NCBI RefSeq assembly: GCF_056712565.1
Contig: NZ_CM160072.1
DNA length: 64,000 bases
Direction: 5' to 3' (one strand)
Made by a program: the position numbers and the translations under genes. Positions 1-10,103 of this stretch are shown here, one piece after another. The notes beneath the pieces are model-generated. The model ran no database searches, had not been told where the DNA came from, and saw only the letters and a program-made list of their open reading frames with translations. Each line of letters begins with the position of its first letter. The first letter of the stretch is position 1.

Positions 1-487
1 CGCCGATGTACTGGGTAATTGCCCGCAGATCTTTAAAGTCGAGCAGCAACAATCCCTGATCGTCAGCAATGCGGAAAATGATATTCAGCACGCCAGATTG
101 CACATCGTTGAGATTCAACAGTCGTGCCAGCAACAGCGGCCCCAGATCCGAAACCGTCGCCCGCACCGGATGGCCTTTCTCGCCAAAGATATCCCACACC
201 ACCACCGGATTAGTATGAGGTTGCCAGTCATTTACGCCGATATTTTTAAGCCTTGCGAGCAGTTTTTCCGAAGATGTACCTTCCTCCGCAACTCCCGTTA
301 AATCACCTTTCACATCAGCCATAAACACAGGCACGCCGATTTCCGACAATGACTCCGCCAGTTTTTGCAGCGTAACGGTTTTACCCGTCCCCGTTGCGCC
401 GGTAATCAGCCCATGGCGGTTAGCCATTCCCGGCAGTAAAAACAGTTCTGTGTCCGGCGTGCGGGCAATTAACAGGGGTTCGCTCAT
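1..487 (-). CDS. yjgR: YjgR-like P-loop NTPase (DUF853), N-terminal 162 codons only; gene continues beyond window start
   Basis: Minus-strand ATG at 487; translation [41 protein letters not shown] contains a Walker A motif; reading frame open to position 1. Confidence 0.8.
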   Translation of the reverse strand, partial: MSEPLLIARTPDTELFLLPGMANRHGLITGATGTGKTVTLQKLAESLSEIGVPVFMADVKGDLTGVAEEGTSSEKLLARLKNIGVNDWQPHTNPVVVWDIFGEKGHPVRATVSDLGPLLLARLLNLNDVQSGVLNIIFRIADDQGLLLLDFKDLRAITQYIG

Positions 488-564
488 GAGATTTCCTCCA
501 GTTTCCTGCCTGGAGTATAGGCAACGTCCGGCAAAGAGAATATGTGTAATGCAGAGAAAATAAC

Positions 565-1563
565 CTAAAGCGTGTTACCGTGATAAATCTGATACCCGAG
601 GTCAACAGTGTTGTGGTTGTGATCGTTATTCTTAATTTTGCTCAGCAACATTTGGGCGGCCATCCGACCAATATCAAAACGGGGAGTAATTACGCTGGCG
701 AGGCTTGGGATCATTTGCCTGCCAATCTCCAGCCCATGAAAACCCGCAATGGAAATTTGTTCTGGCACGGCGAGGTTTCGCTCGCGGCACAGCAGAAGCG
801 CACCCATCGCAATATCGTCATTGGTGCAAAATACACCGTCTAAATCCGGGTTTGCGCTAAGGGCATCACGCATTAACTGCATTCCTAAATGAATGGATGA
901 GATGGCGCGTGGATTCATGCGTAATGGGGAAAGATTATGCAGCATCATCGCATCGCAATACCCCTGATAACGCTGTTCATCGCGGGTGTCATCTTTGGAA
1001 CCGAGATACAGAATTTTGCGCCTGACTCGCTTATCCAGCATGGTACACACCATGTCAAAAGCAGCCTGCCGATTATCAAAACCGACCTCCATATCCAGCC
1101 GTTCTCCCTGTACATCCATCAATTCCACGACCGGAATGGTGGCTGAACGCAGAAATTTCACCGTCCTGATGGTGTGATATTTTTCCGAAAGAATAATCCC
1201 GTCAATGTTATAAGAGAGCAGGTTAATCACCGACTCTTCTTCGGAATCGCGATCGTAATTGTAATTAGCAATAATGGTCTGATAATTATGCACAGAGGTG
1301 ACGGATTCTATTCCCGCGAGAATGTCAGCGAAGAGTTGATTTTGAAATGACGGAATCAAGATACCGAGGGTATAACTTTGTGCATTCAACAACATGCCGG
1401 GAGCGCGATTAGGGATATAATTGATCTCTTCCATAATTTTGGCGATGCGCTCGCCTGTTTCCTTTGCCACCTTTTTCGGCGAGCGGATATAACGACTCAC
1501 GGTCATTTTTGTTACGCCAGCCAGCGTAGCGATATCCTGTAAAGAAATTCTGTGATTGCGCAT
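565..1563 (-). CDS. idnR: LacI-family transcriptional regulator of the L-idonate/5-ketogluconate genes
   Basis: ORF track 565..1593; start set at [25 protein letters not shown] (LacI-type HTH), 332 aa; position next to idnT. Confidence 0.85.
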   Translation of the reverse strand: MRNHRISLQDIATLAGVTKMTVSRYIRSPKKVAKETGERIAKIMEEINYIPNRAPGMLLNAQSYTLGILIPSFQNQLFADILAGIESVTSVHNYQTIIANYNYDRDSEEESVINLLSYNIDGIILSEKYHTIRTVKFLRSATIPVVELMDVQGERLDMEVGFDNRQAAFDMVCTMLDKRVRRKILYLGSKDDTRDEQRYQGYCDAMMLHNLSPLRMNPRAISSIHLGMQLMRDALSANPDLDGVFCTNDDIAMGALLLCRERNLAVPEQISIAGFHGLEIGRQMIPSLASVITPRFDIGRMAAQMLLSKIKNNDHNHNTVDLGYQIYHGNTL

Positions 1564-1629
1564 AACTTCTCCCAACGTCGGGGGAATCTTCAATCTTCCC
1601 CCGAAACTACATCACAATATTTTATTCTT

Positions 1630-2949
1630 TCAGTGCAATACGGCGTTAATGGCTAACACGCCCAGCAAACCCATAATAGAAATAAGGGTTTCCATCACCG
1701 TCCAGGTACGCAACGTTTCACCAACCGTCAGATTAAAATACCCTTTAAATAGCCAGAAGCCAGGGTCGTTTACGTGTGACGCGATCACGCTGCCCGCACC
1801 GGTTGCCAGTACCATTAAAGCGGGATCGGCATGGGTAACGTTGATAATCGGCAACACCACACCCGCGGTGGTAATGGCCGCGACGGTGGCAGAGCCCAGA
1901 GCGATACGCAACAGCGCCGCAACAGTCCAGCACATCAATAACGGCGAAAGCGTAGTTCCGGTCATTAAGTGTGAAATATACTGCCCGACACCGCTATCTA
2001 CTAATACCTGCTTAAACGCGCCGCCGCCAGCGATAATAAACACAATCATCGCGATAGCGCCTATAGAATCCCCAATGATATCCATGATTTGCTCGATGGT
2101 GCGTCCATTACGTCGGCCCAGTGTGAAAATCGCAATAACAATGGCAATAAACAGCGCAACGGCAGGGTTACCGACAAATTCAAAGAAGAGGCGCACGGTG
2201 TTAGTTTTCGGTAACGTAATTTCACAAACGGCGGCGATAGCCATCAGGATGACCGGGATCACTGCAGCAAAAATACTGTTCCAGAAGGAGGGCATCTCCT
2301 CTTCGCTAAACAGATGAGGATTAAATAAGCCTTCCGGTGGTGCTTTCTCAAAGCGAGTTAGCAGTTTAGAAAACAGCGGTCCTGCGACAATAACTGTCGG
2401 AATGGTAATGATAAATCCATACAGTAAAGTCGTTCCGAGATTAGCCTCAAAGATAGTCGCGATGGCAGTAGGCCCTGGATGTGGCGGCAGAAAACAGTGG
2501 GTTACAGAGAGCGCTGCTACCATCGGTACGCCAACATACAACAGGGGTAATCCAGATGATGCCACGATGGTAAATACCAACGGCAACAGCAGGACAAAAC
2601 CCACTTCAAAAAACATGGCGAGGCCCACAACCAGACCGGTGATCACTAGCGCCCATTGCACGCGTTTTTTACCAAAAGTAGCAATCAGCGTAGTGGCGAT
2701 ACGTTGTGCCGCGCCCGTATCAGAAATCAGCTTGCCTAACATGGCCCCGAAACCGAGGATCATTGCCAGCCCGCCGAGTGTGCTGCCGATACCATTTTGT
2801 ATAGAGTGCAGGACGGCCTGTGCATCCATCCCTTCGGCAAATCCGACGACGGCAGCGACCAGAACGAGGGCAATAAAGCCGTTAACTTTAAAGCCGATCA
2901 TCAGGATAAGAAGCAGCGCGACGCCTGCCGCAATAATGATTAATGGCAT
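1630..2949 (-). CDS. idnT: GntP-family L-idonate/D-gluconate permease
   Basis: 439-aa polytopic membrane protein (MPLIIIAAGVALLLILMIGF...), GntP-type; synteny in idn cluster. Confidence 0.85.
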   Translation of the reverse strand: MPLIIIAAGVALLLILMIGFKVNGFIALVLVAAVVGFAEGMDAQAVLHSIQNGIGSTLGGLAMILGFGAMLGKLISDTGAAQRIATTLIATFGKKRVQWALVITGLVVGLAMFFEVGFVLLLPLVFTIVASSGLPLLYVGVPMVAALSVTHCFLPPHPGPTAIATIFEANLGTTLLYGFIITIPTVIVAGPLFSKLLTRFEKAPPEGLFNPHLFSEEEMPSFWNSIFAAVIPVILMAIAAVCEITLPKTNTVRLFFEFVGNPAVALFIAIVIAIFTLGRRNGRTIEQIMDIIGDSIGAIAMIVFIIAGGGAFKQVLVDSGVGQYISHLMTGTTLSPLLMCWTVAALLRIALGSATVAAITTAGVVLPIINVTHADPALMVLATGAGSVIASHVNDPGFWLFKGYFNLTVGETLRTWTVMETLISIMGLLGVLAINAVLH

Positions 2950-3013
2950 AGTCTTTATCTCTTATTAGTGCCAGAAAAGCAGCGCTTTCGCGCTGCACGT
3001 AGGGTAGTAGCTG

Positions 3014-3778
3014 TTAAACAGCCACTAACATGCCGCCATCAACAAACAACAGGTGGCCGTTTACGAAATCAGAGGCTTTTGAAGAAAGGAACACCGCAGC
3101 ACCAATCAGTTCCTGCGGATCTCCCCAGCGTGCGGCGGGGGTCCGTTTGCACAACCAGGCGGTGAAGGCTTCGTCCTCAACCAGTGCTTTAGTCATTTCT
3201 GTTTTGAAATAGCCCGGCGCAATACCGTTGACCTGAATATTGTGGCGCGCCAGCTCGACGCACATGCCGCGGGTGAGCATTTTTACCGCCCCTTTCGATG
3301 CGGCATAAGGGGTGATGGTGTCACGTCCCAGTTCGCTTTGCATCGAGCAAATATTAATAACTTTACCTGCCTTGCGTTCAACCATGTGACGAGTTACCGC
3401 TTGCGACACCAGGAACACGGCGGTCTGGTTTACTGCGATCACATCATTCCACTCTTGTTCAGGGAACTCAGTAAAAGGATGACGGCGCTGGATACCGGCG
3501 TTATTCACCAGCACATCAATGGGGCCGATGTCCTTTTCGATATGTTCAACGGCGGCATCAATTTCATGTTTATGAGTAACATTAAAAGGTGCGGCAACGG
3601 CCTGAATACCCTCCTGGTGGAGTTTTTCTACAGCAAGTTCTGCGCGTTCGGCAGTAATATCATTAATAATTATTTGTGCGCCATATTTACCCAGGCCGGT
3701 CGCCAGTAAAAAGCCAATGCCCTGTGCTGAACCGGTAATCAAGATATTTTTTCCTGCCAGTGAAAATAGATCGTTCAT
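3014..3778 (-). CDS. idnO: 5-keto-D-gluconate 5-reductase (short-chain dehydrogenase/reductase)
   Basis: 254 aa; SDR cofactor motif ITGSAQGIG; synteny. Confidence 0.85.
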   Translation of the reverse strand: MNDLFSLAGKNILITGSAQGIGFLLATGLGKYGAQIIINDITAERAELAVEKLHQEGIQAVAAPFNVTHKHEIDAAVEHIEKDIGPIDVLVNNAGIQRRHPFTEFPEQEWNDVIAVNQTAVFLVSQAVTRHMVERKAGKVINICSMQSELGRDTITPYAASKGAVKMLTRGMCVELARHNIQVNGIAPGYFKTEMTKALVEDEAFTAWLCKRTPAARWGDPQELIGAAVFLSSKASDFVNGHLLFVDGGMLVAV

Positions 3779-3801
3779 TGTATTATTCCTTTATTTATCT
3801 C

Positions 3802-4833
3802 TTAGAAAACAAGCTGGACTTTTGCTGCCTGGGTTTTATCACCGGCGAAACGTAGCGCCTCTTCCAGGTCTGTGAAGGGATATTCAGCACTCAGTAAAGG
3901 CAGTGGATTGATAACGCCATTCGCCAGCCATGACACTGCGGTATTAAATTCGCTGGTAAAACGGAAAGAGCCTTTGAGTGAAATCTCCTTACCAATCAAT
4001 GTCATCATTGGGAATTCTGCCATCGCGCCTCCCATACCTACCTGCACCATTACGCCGCGTGCACGAGTGACCTCCAGACAGGTATTCACTGATGAAGGAT
4101 GACCGGACACTTCAAAGCTGACATCGAAATAGCCTTTTTCCGCTTTCCAGTGATCCATGTCGTCGTTTTGTGGGTTTACGAGCACATCCGCCCCCATCTC
4201 TTTGCCCAGCGAAAGGGAACGGGGACTCACATCGGCACAGACAATTTCCGCGGCCCCCAGTGTTTTCACAGCACTGACAATCAGGCAGCCAATGGGCCCA
4301 ACACCAGAAATAAATACTCGCTTGCCCTGTAACTCGCCGGCCTGATGTGCGGCATGAATCGCGACGGCTAAAGGTTCGGCAAAAGCCATAACCTTTTCGT
4401 CAGCTTTGGCCGGATAAGGGACACATTGCGACGTTTCGACCATTTTATAACGGGTAAAGCCACCATCAACATGAGGGAAATACATGGCACTGCCAAAAAA
4501 ACGCATCTCTGTACACTGATTCTCGTTATGTTCAATGCAGTATTTGCAGTGACCGCACGGTTTAGACGGATTAATGGCTACCGTTTGCCCTTCATGTAAT
4601 TTTGATGAGTCGCTATGAATAACTTTACCGATAACTTCATGACCTAACACCATCGGTGCCTTTATCATGAAATTACCTACTTTTCCTTCCTGATAATAAT
4701 GTAAATCGGAACCGCAAATTCCACCTCGGGTTATTTGTACTAATGTTCCATTATTATTCCAATCTATCGTCTGCTCGGTAACGGCAACAGTTTTCTTGCC
4801 CGCAACAACGCAGGACTGTGTTTTCACTTGCAT
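3802..4833 (-). CDS. idnD: L-idonate 5-dehydrogenase (zinc-dependent medium-chain dehydrogenase)
   Basis: 343 aa; zinc-ADH signature GICGSDLHYY and GxGxxG fold; synteny. Confidence 0.85.
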   Translation of the reverse strand: MQVKTQSCVVAGKKTVAVTEQTIDWNNNGTLVQITRGGICGSDLHYYQEGKVGNFMIKAPMVLGHEVIGKVIHSDSSKLHEGQTVAINPSKPCGHCKYCIEHNENQCTEMRFFGSAMYFPHVDGGFTRYKMVETSQCVPYPAKADEKVMAFAEPLAVAIHAAHQAGELQGKRVFISGVGPIGCLIVSAVKTLGAAEIVCADVSPRSLSLGKEMGADVLVNPQNDDMDHWKAEKGYFDVSFEVSGHPSSVNTCLEVTRARGVMVQVGMGGAMAEFPMMTLIGKEISLKGSFRFTSEFNTAVSWLANGVINPLPLLSAEYPFTDLEEALRFAGDKTQAAKVQLVF

Positions 4834-4932
4834 AAATTCCTCACTGGTCAGGTAGACACCTCGGAAGCATTTAAGCGGTTTTAATTGTCATTATTTGTGA
4901 TGAAGATCACGTTAGAAAATTGTTACATTACT

Positions 4933-4948
4933 ATGTTACGCATAACGT
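4933..4948. promoter_or_regulatory. GntR/IdnR-type operator-like sequence ATGTTACGCATAACGT in the divergent idnD-idnK promoter region
   Basis: Resembles the gnt operator consensus (ATGTTACC..GTAACAT, about 12/16 match) within the 216-bp divergent intergenic region. Confidence 0.35.
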
Positions 4949-5049
4949 GATGTGCCTTGTAATTCTTATCAGCAGAAATAAAAAAACGTGAAATTATTAC
5001 GCCACCAGGCGTAGTATCGCAGCAGGTAAGATGATTCAGGAGATTTTAA

Positions 5050-5613
5050 ATGGCGGGTGAAAGCTTTATTTTGATGGGCGTATCAGGGAGTGGTAAAACA
5101 TTAATTGGTAGCAAGGTTGCCGCGTTATTGTCTGCGAAATTTATTGATGGTGACGATCTTCATCCAGCCAAAAATATAGATAAAATGTCGCAAGGCATTC
5201 CATTATCTGATGAAGATCGACTTCCCTGGCTGGAACGCTTAAATGATGCTTCATACAGTCTTTATAAAAAGAATGAAACAGGATTTATTGTCTGTTCATC
5301 ATTAAAAAAACAGTATCGTGATATTTTACGCAAGGGTAGCCCCCATGTTCATTTCCTCTGGTTAGATGGCGATTATGAAACTATTCTCGCGCGAATGCAG
5401 CGTCGGGCTGGGCATTTTATGCCGGTAGCGTTACTAAAAAGTCAGTTTGAGGCGCTGGAGCGTCCACAAGCAGATGAACAGGATATTGTGCGCATTGATA
5501 TCAACCATGATATTGCCAATGTCACCGAACAATGTCGGCAGGCTGTGCTGGCGATACGACAAAACAGAATATGTGCGAAAGAGGGCAGCGCCTCAGATCA
5601 GCGCTGCGAATGA
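5050..5613 (+). CDS. idnK: Gluconokinase (thermosensitive gluconate kinase)
   Basis: 187 aa; P-loop GVSGSGKT near N-terminus; gluconate kinase family; synteny. Confidence 0.85.
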   Translation: MAGESFILMGVSGSGKTLIGSKVAALLSAKFIDGDDLHPAKNIDKMSQGIPLSDEDRLPWLERLNDASYSLYKKNETGFIVCSSLKKQYRDILRKGSPHVHFLWLDGDYETILARMQRRAGHFMPVALLKSQFEALERPQADEQDIVRIDINHDIANVTEQCRQAVLAIRQNRICAKEGSASDQRCE

Positions 5614-5616
5614 TTT

Positions 5617-6636
5617 TCAAAAATCGGCTTTCAACACCACGCGGTAACGCGCCTTACCGTCGCGCACATGCTGGATGGCGTCGTTAATTTTCGACATCGG
5701 GAACAGTTCGGTAGTCGGCGCAACCTTGCTGCGGGCGGCAAAGCGCATCAGCTTACGCAACTCATAAGGTGTACCGGTAGCAGAGCCAGAGACACTGCGA
5801 TCGCCCGCAATCAGCGTAAAGGCCGGAACCGGCAACGGCGTGAGAACCGCACCGACGGTGTGGAAATTACCGCCATACGTCAGCGCCTCAAAATAAGGCT
5901 GCCAGTCGAGGCTGACGTTCACAGTATTGATAATGAGATCAAACTGCCCCGCCAGAGTTTTCAGTGCCTGCGGATCGCGGCTATTCACCACTTTATCGGC
6001 ACCCATCGCCAGTACTTCCTGCTCTTTCGCCGGATTTGAACTAAAGGCTGTCACCTCGCATCCCATTGCGTGCAGAAGTTTTATAGCGATATGCCCCAGC
6101 CCGCCAATACCAATTACCCCAACGCGGCTGGTAGCAGTGATATGGTGCATCAACAGTGGTTTAAAGACCGTGATACCGCCGCACAACAGCGGCCCGGCGG
6201 ACTCGATATCAATATTTTCTGGCAGTGGAATCACCCATTGCCAGTCCGCACGCAACTTCTCGGCAAAGCCACCGCGATTCATAATCGTCGGCACCGCACC
6301 TTGCTCGCAGTTGATCTGATTACCGCTAATACAGGCGTCGCAGTGACCACAGCTACGCGCCGTCCAGCCAATCCCGACACGCTGACCGACCTGCAAACCT
6401 TTATCCTGCGCGGCGCTCCCGAGTGCCACCACGCGCCCAATCACCTCATGCCCGGCAACCAGCGGATATTGTGAAAATCCCCATTCGTTATCGATCATCG
6501 ACAGATCGGAATGGCAGATCCCGCAGTAATCCACCTGCACTTCAACATCTTGTGGCCTCAGCTCACCGGGATCGTACTCATAAACTTCCAGTTCGCCGCC
6601 CGCTTCTTTTGCGGCATAGCTTTTTATCATCGACAT
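5617..6636 (-). CDS. ahr: NADPH-dependent aldehyde reductase Ahr (YjgB), zinc-ADH family
   Basis: ORF 5617..6678; start set at [14 protein letters not shown] (339 aa); zinc-ADH motif GICHSDL. Confidence 0.8.
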   Translation of the reverse strand: MSMIKSYAAKEAGGELEVYEYDPGELRPQDVEVQVDYCGICHSDLSMIDNEWGFSQYPLVAGHEVIGRVVALGSAAQDKGLQVGQRVGIGWTARSCGHCDACISGNQINCEQGAVPTIMNRGGFAEKLRADWQWVIPLPENIDIESAGPLLCGGITVFKPLLMHHITATSRVGVIGIGGLGHIAIKLLHAMGCEVTAFSSNPAKEQEVLAMGADKVVNSRDPQALKTLAGQFDLIINTVNVSLDWQPYFEALTYGGNFHTVGAVLTPLPVPAFTLIAGDRSVSGSATGTPYELRKLMRFAARSKVAPTTELFPMSKINDAIQHVRDGKARYRVVLKADF

Positions 6637-6774
6637 TTTTTGGTCCTTCTCTGGTGTTGTTTGGGAAGTGTAGAGCATGGCAGGGCGGGGTGCCTGGAGT
6701 GTGACAAAGGTTACACATCGCTGTATGCAATGCTGAAAATTTCAGCACTTAGCGAGGTGCGAGCAAGCTGGCGC

Positions 6775-6802
6775 TTGCATGGTGGCGTGCGACAGGTATA
6801 AT
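6775..6802 (+). promoter_or_regulatory. Sigma70-type promoter of leuX (-35 TTGCAT, 16-bp spacer, -10 TATAAT)
   Basis: TTGCAT at 6775-6780 and TATAAT at 6797-6802, about 30 bp upstream of the tRNA 5' end. Confidence 0.5.
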
Positions 6803-6831
6803 CCACAACGTTTTCCGCATACCTCTTCAGT

Positions 6832-6916
6832 GCCGAAGTGGCGAAATCGGTAGACGCAGTTGATTCAAAATCAACCGTAGAAATACGTGCCGGTTCGAGT
6901 CCGGCCTTCGGCACCA
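6832..6916 (+). tRNA. leuX: tRNA-Leu (anticodon CAA), 85 nt with encoded CCA end
   Basis: GCCGAAGTGGCGAAATCGGTAGACGCAGTTGATTCAAAATCAACC...GGTTCGAGTCCGGCCTTCGGCACCA: class II tRNA with long variable arm, anticodon loop TTCAAAA. Confidence 0.95.
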
Positions 6917-6930
6917 AAAGTATGTAAATA

Positions 6931-6953
6931 GACCTCAACTGAGGTCTTTTTTT
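6931..6953 (+). terminator. Rho-independent terminator of leuX
   Basis: Hairpin GACCTC-AACT-GAGGTC followed by a run of 7 T. Confidence 0.75.
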
Positions 6954-7176
6954 ATGCCTGAAATCCAGTGTTTATCTATCTTTCCCGCTATATTAACTCT
7001 CTCAAGGTCAACCGATATCAACGTACATCTACCAACATATGTTGGTACAGATGATGGTATTTCCGGTTCGATAATGCTTGTACCAACAGGGAGGGAATAC
7101 GATGGCATTAACAGATATCAAAGTCAGAGCAGCCAAGCCAACGGATAAGCAATATTAGCTGACTGATGGTGGCGGT

Positions 7177-8367
7177 ATGCATCTGCTTGTCCATCCAAAT
7201 GGTTCTAAGTACTGGCGTTTGCAGTACCGTTATGAGGGAAAGCAAAAAATGCTGGCACTTGGGGTTTATCCTGAAATCACACTAGCGGATGCCAGAGTAC
7301 GTCGTGACGAGACGCGTAAGCTGCTTGCGAATGGCGTCGATCCGGGAGACAAAAAGAAAAATGATAAGGTTGAACAGAGTAAAGCACGAACCTTTAAAGA
7401 AGTCGCGATTGAGTGGCATGGCACCAATAAAAAGTGGTCTGAAGATCACGCCCATCGTGTGCTAAAAAGTCTTGAAGATAATCTTTTTGCAGCGCTTGGT
7501 GAACGTAATATCGCTGAGTTAAAAACTCGAGATTTATTAGCACCTATTAAGGCCGTAGAAATGTCTGGACGTCTTGAAGTGGCCGCTCGTCTTCAGCAGC
7601 GCACTACAGCCATCATGCGCTATGCAGTGCAAAGTGGGTTAATTGATTATAACCCGGCACAAGAGATGGCTGGGGCGGTTGCTTCCTGTAATCGACAACA
7701 TCGTCCCGCGCTTGAATTAAAGCGCATCCCTGAGTTGCTTACAAAAATAGATAGCTATACTGGTAGGCCGCTAACCCGATGGGCGATAGAACTCACTTTG
7801 CTGATCTTTATTCGGTCCAGTGAGCTGCGTTTTGCTCGTTGGTCAGAGATCGATTTCGAAGCGTCTATATGGACTATCCCACCGGAGCGGGAGCCTATTC
7901 CTGGAGTGAAACATTCCCATAGAGGCTCAAAAATGCGTACAACGCATCTAGTGCCTCTTTCAACGCAAGCTCTTGCAATTTTAAAGCAGATAAAACAGTT
8001 TTATGGGGCCCATGACTTGATATTTATTGGTGATCACGATTCGCACAAACCCATGAGTGAGAATACGGTAAATAGTGCGTTACGGGTCATGGGGTATGAT
8101 ACAAAAGTAGAGGTTTGTGGTCATGGCTTTCGAACAATGGCCTGTAGTTCATTGGTCGAATCAGGTCTGTGGTCTCGTGATGCTGTTGAACGCCAGATGA
8201 GCCACATGGCGCGAAATTCAGTGAGGGCCGCGTATATCCATAAAGCAGAGCATCTGGAAGAACGGCGATTGATGCTACAGTGGTGGGCCGATTTTCTGGA
8301 TGTAAACAGAGAAAGGTTTATCAGTCCATTTGAATATGCAAAGATTAATAATCCATTAAAACAGTAA
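7177..8367 (+). CDS. intB: P4-type tyrosine integrase; intact ORF begins at internal ATG because the native start (ATG 7102) is followed by an in-frame TAG at 7156-7158
   Basis: 396-aa ORF with tyrosine-recombinase C-terminal region (HGFRTMACSSL...RAAYIHKAE); upstream in-frame MALTDIKVRAAKPTDKQY-stop-LTDGGG is the typical P4-integrase N-terminus; directly downstream of tRNA. Confidence 0.85.
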   Translation: MHLLVHPNGSKYWRLQYRYEGKQKMLALGVYPEITLADARVRRDETRKLLANGVDPGDKKKNDKVEQSKARTFKEVAIEWHGTNKKWSEDHAHRVLKSLEDNLFAALGERNIAELKTRDLLAPIKAVEMSGRLEVAARLQQRTTAIMRYAVQSGLIDYNPAQEMAGAVASCNRQHRPALELKRIPELLTKIDSYTGRPLTRWAIELTLLIFIRSSELRFARWSEIDFEASIWTIPPEREPIPGVKHSHRGSKMRTTHLVPLSTQALAILKQIKQFYGAHDLIFIGDHDSHKPMSENTVNSALRVMGYDTKVEVCGHGFRTMACSSLVESGLWSRDAVERQMSHMARNSVRAAYIHKAEHLEERRLMLQWWADFLDVNRERFISPFEYAKINNPLKQ

Positions 8368-8371
8368 TCAT

Positions 8372-8389
8372 CCCGGGCAAATGCCCGGG
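8372..8389 (+). terminator. Hairpin CCCGGGCA-AA-TGCCCGGG immediately after intB stop (possible terminator, weak T tract)
   Basis: 8-bp perfect stem 5 nt after the intB stop codon. Confidence 0.35.
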
Positions 8390-8539
8390 AATTATTCTAG
8401 GATTATTTTCTTTGTTAAAAAAGACAAACGGTATTAACTGATGTATTTACTATTTACCGCTCCCTGCAGGGGGGATTATCAGAATCCGCGGTTATTCATT
8501 ATTTATATACATTCAATAAAAAAGTAACTGGATTTGCCC

Positions 8540-9445
8540 CTATATTTCCAGACACCTGTTATCACTTAACCCATTACTGGCTTGCTGCCGTAGATATTCC
8601 CGTGGCGAGCGATAACCCAGTGCACTATGCGGATGCCATTCGTTATAATGCTCGAACGCCTCTGCAAGGTTCTTTGCTGCCGTTAACCCGTCTGGTTTGG
8701 GCATGACACTGATGTAGTCACGCTTTATCGTTTTCACGAAGCTCTCTGCTATGCCGTTACTCTCCGGACTCCGCACCGCCGTGCTCTTCGGTTCAAGCCC
8801 CAACATCCGGGCAAACTGCCGTGTTTCATTAGCCCGGTAGCATGAACCATTATCCGTCAGCCACTCTACTGGAGACGCCGGAAGCTCGTTGCCGAAGCGG
8901 CGTTCCACCGCTCCCAGCATGACGTCCTGTACTGTTTCACTGTTGAAGCCGCCCGTAGTGACCGCCCAGTGCAGTGCCTCACGGTCACAGCAGTCCAGCG
9001 CGAACGTGACTCGCAGTTTTTCTCCGTTATCACAGCGGAACTCGAACCCGTCAGAGCACCATCGCTGATTACTTTCTTTCACAGCCACTCTGCCTGTATG
9101 TGCCCGTTTCGATGGCGGTACAGCAGGTTTTCGCTCAAGCAACAGCGCATTCTGGCGCATGATCCGGTAAACACGTTTGGCATTGATCGCAGGCATACCA
9201 TCAAGTTCTGCCTGTCTGCGAAGCAGCGCCCATACCCGACGATAACCATACGTGGGCAGCTCTCCGATAACATGGTGTATACGGAGAAGCACATCCGTAT
9301 CATCAGTGTGACGACTGCGGCGGCCATCCATCCAGTCATCGGTTCGTCTGAGAATGACGTGCAACTGCGCACGCGACACCCGGAGACAACGGCTGACTAA
9401 GCTTACTCCCCATCCCCGGGCAATAAGGGCGCGTGCGCTATCCAC
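8540..9445 (-). CDS. insD: IS2 transposase OrfB (InsD)
   Basis: 301-aa ORF, IS3-family DDE transposase (…[25 protein letters not shown]…). Confidence 0.9.
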
Positions 9446-9768
9446 TTTTTTGCCCGTCCATATTCAACGGCTTCTTTGAGGAGTTCATTTTCCATCGTTT
9501 TCTTGCCGAGCAGGCGCTGGAGTTCTTTAATCTGCTTCATGGCGGCAGCAAGTTCAGAGGCAGGAACAACCTGTTCTCCGGCGGCGACAGCAGTAAGACT
9601 TCCTTCCTGGTATTGCTTACGCCAGAGAAATAACTGGCTGGCTGCTACACCATGTTGCCGGGCAACGAGGGAGACCGTCATCCCTGGTTCAAAGCTCTGC
9701 TGAACAATTGCGATCTTTTCCTGTGTGGTACGCCGTCTGCGTTTCTCCGGTCCTAAGACATCAATCAT
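9403..9768 (-). CDS. insC: IS2 OrfA (InsC), HTH protein
   Basis: ORF 9403..9813; start set at [24 protein letters not shown] (121 aa); overlaps insD in the usual frameshift arrangement. Confidence 0.85.
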
Positions 9769-10103
9769 CTGCTCTCCAATGACTAGTCTAAAAACTAGTA
9801 TTAAGACTATCACTTAAATAAGTGATATTGGTTGTCTGGAGATTCAGGGGGCCAGTCTAGTAACCTCATAAAAAATCCTGTACTCACAGGGTGATGCGGG
9901 ATAACTGACGTAAGGAGTGCTGCAGGGATTTGATGGTCCCTTGTGCTGATATGAATACGGATATTTTATACAGAATACTTTTCAGTACAAGCGACTGTAT
10001 TACAGTCTGCCATATATGATTACCTGTGATCAGGAAGAATAAGTGGCTGAGGTTTCAAACTGTCTGCCGGTATATTCCTCTCTCCCTTAAAAACCATAAC
10101 AGG

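Larger units (their letters stand above)
8529..9859 (-). mobile_element. IS2 insertion sequence (1331 bp) flanked by 5-bp target duplication GTAAC
   Basis: Terminal sequences TGGATTTGCCCC... and ...GGGGGCCAGTCTA; GTAAC at 8524-8528 and 9860-9864; contains insC/insD. Confidence 0.9.

Noticed and set aside
1556-2317. 253-aa plus-strand ORF
   Set aside because: Lies entirely antisense to the well-supported idnT permease; no independent start signals
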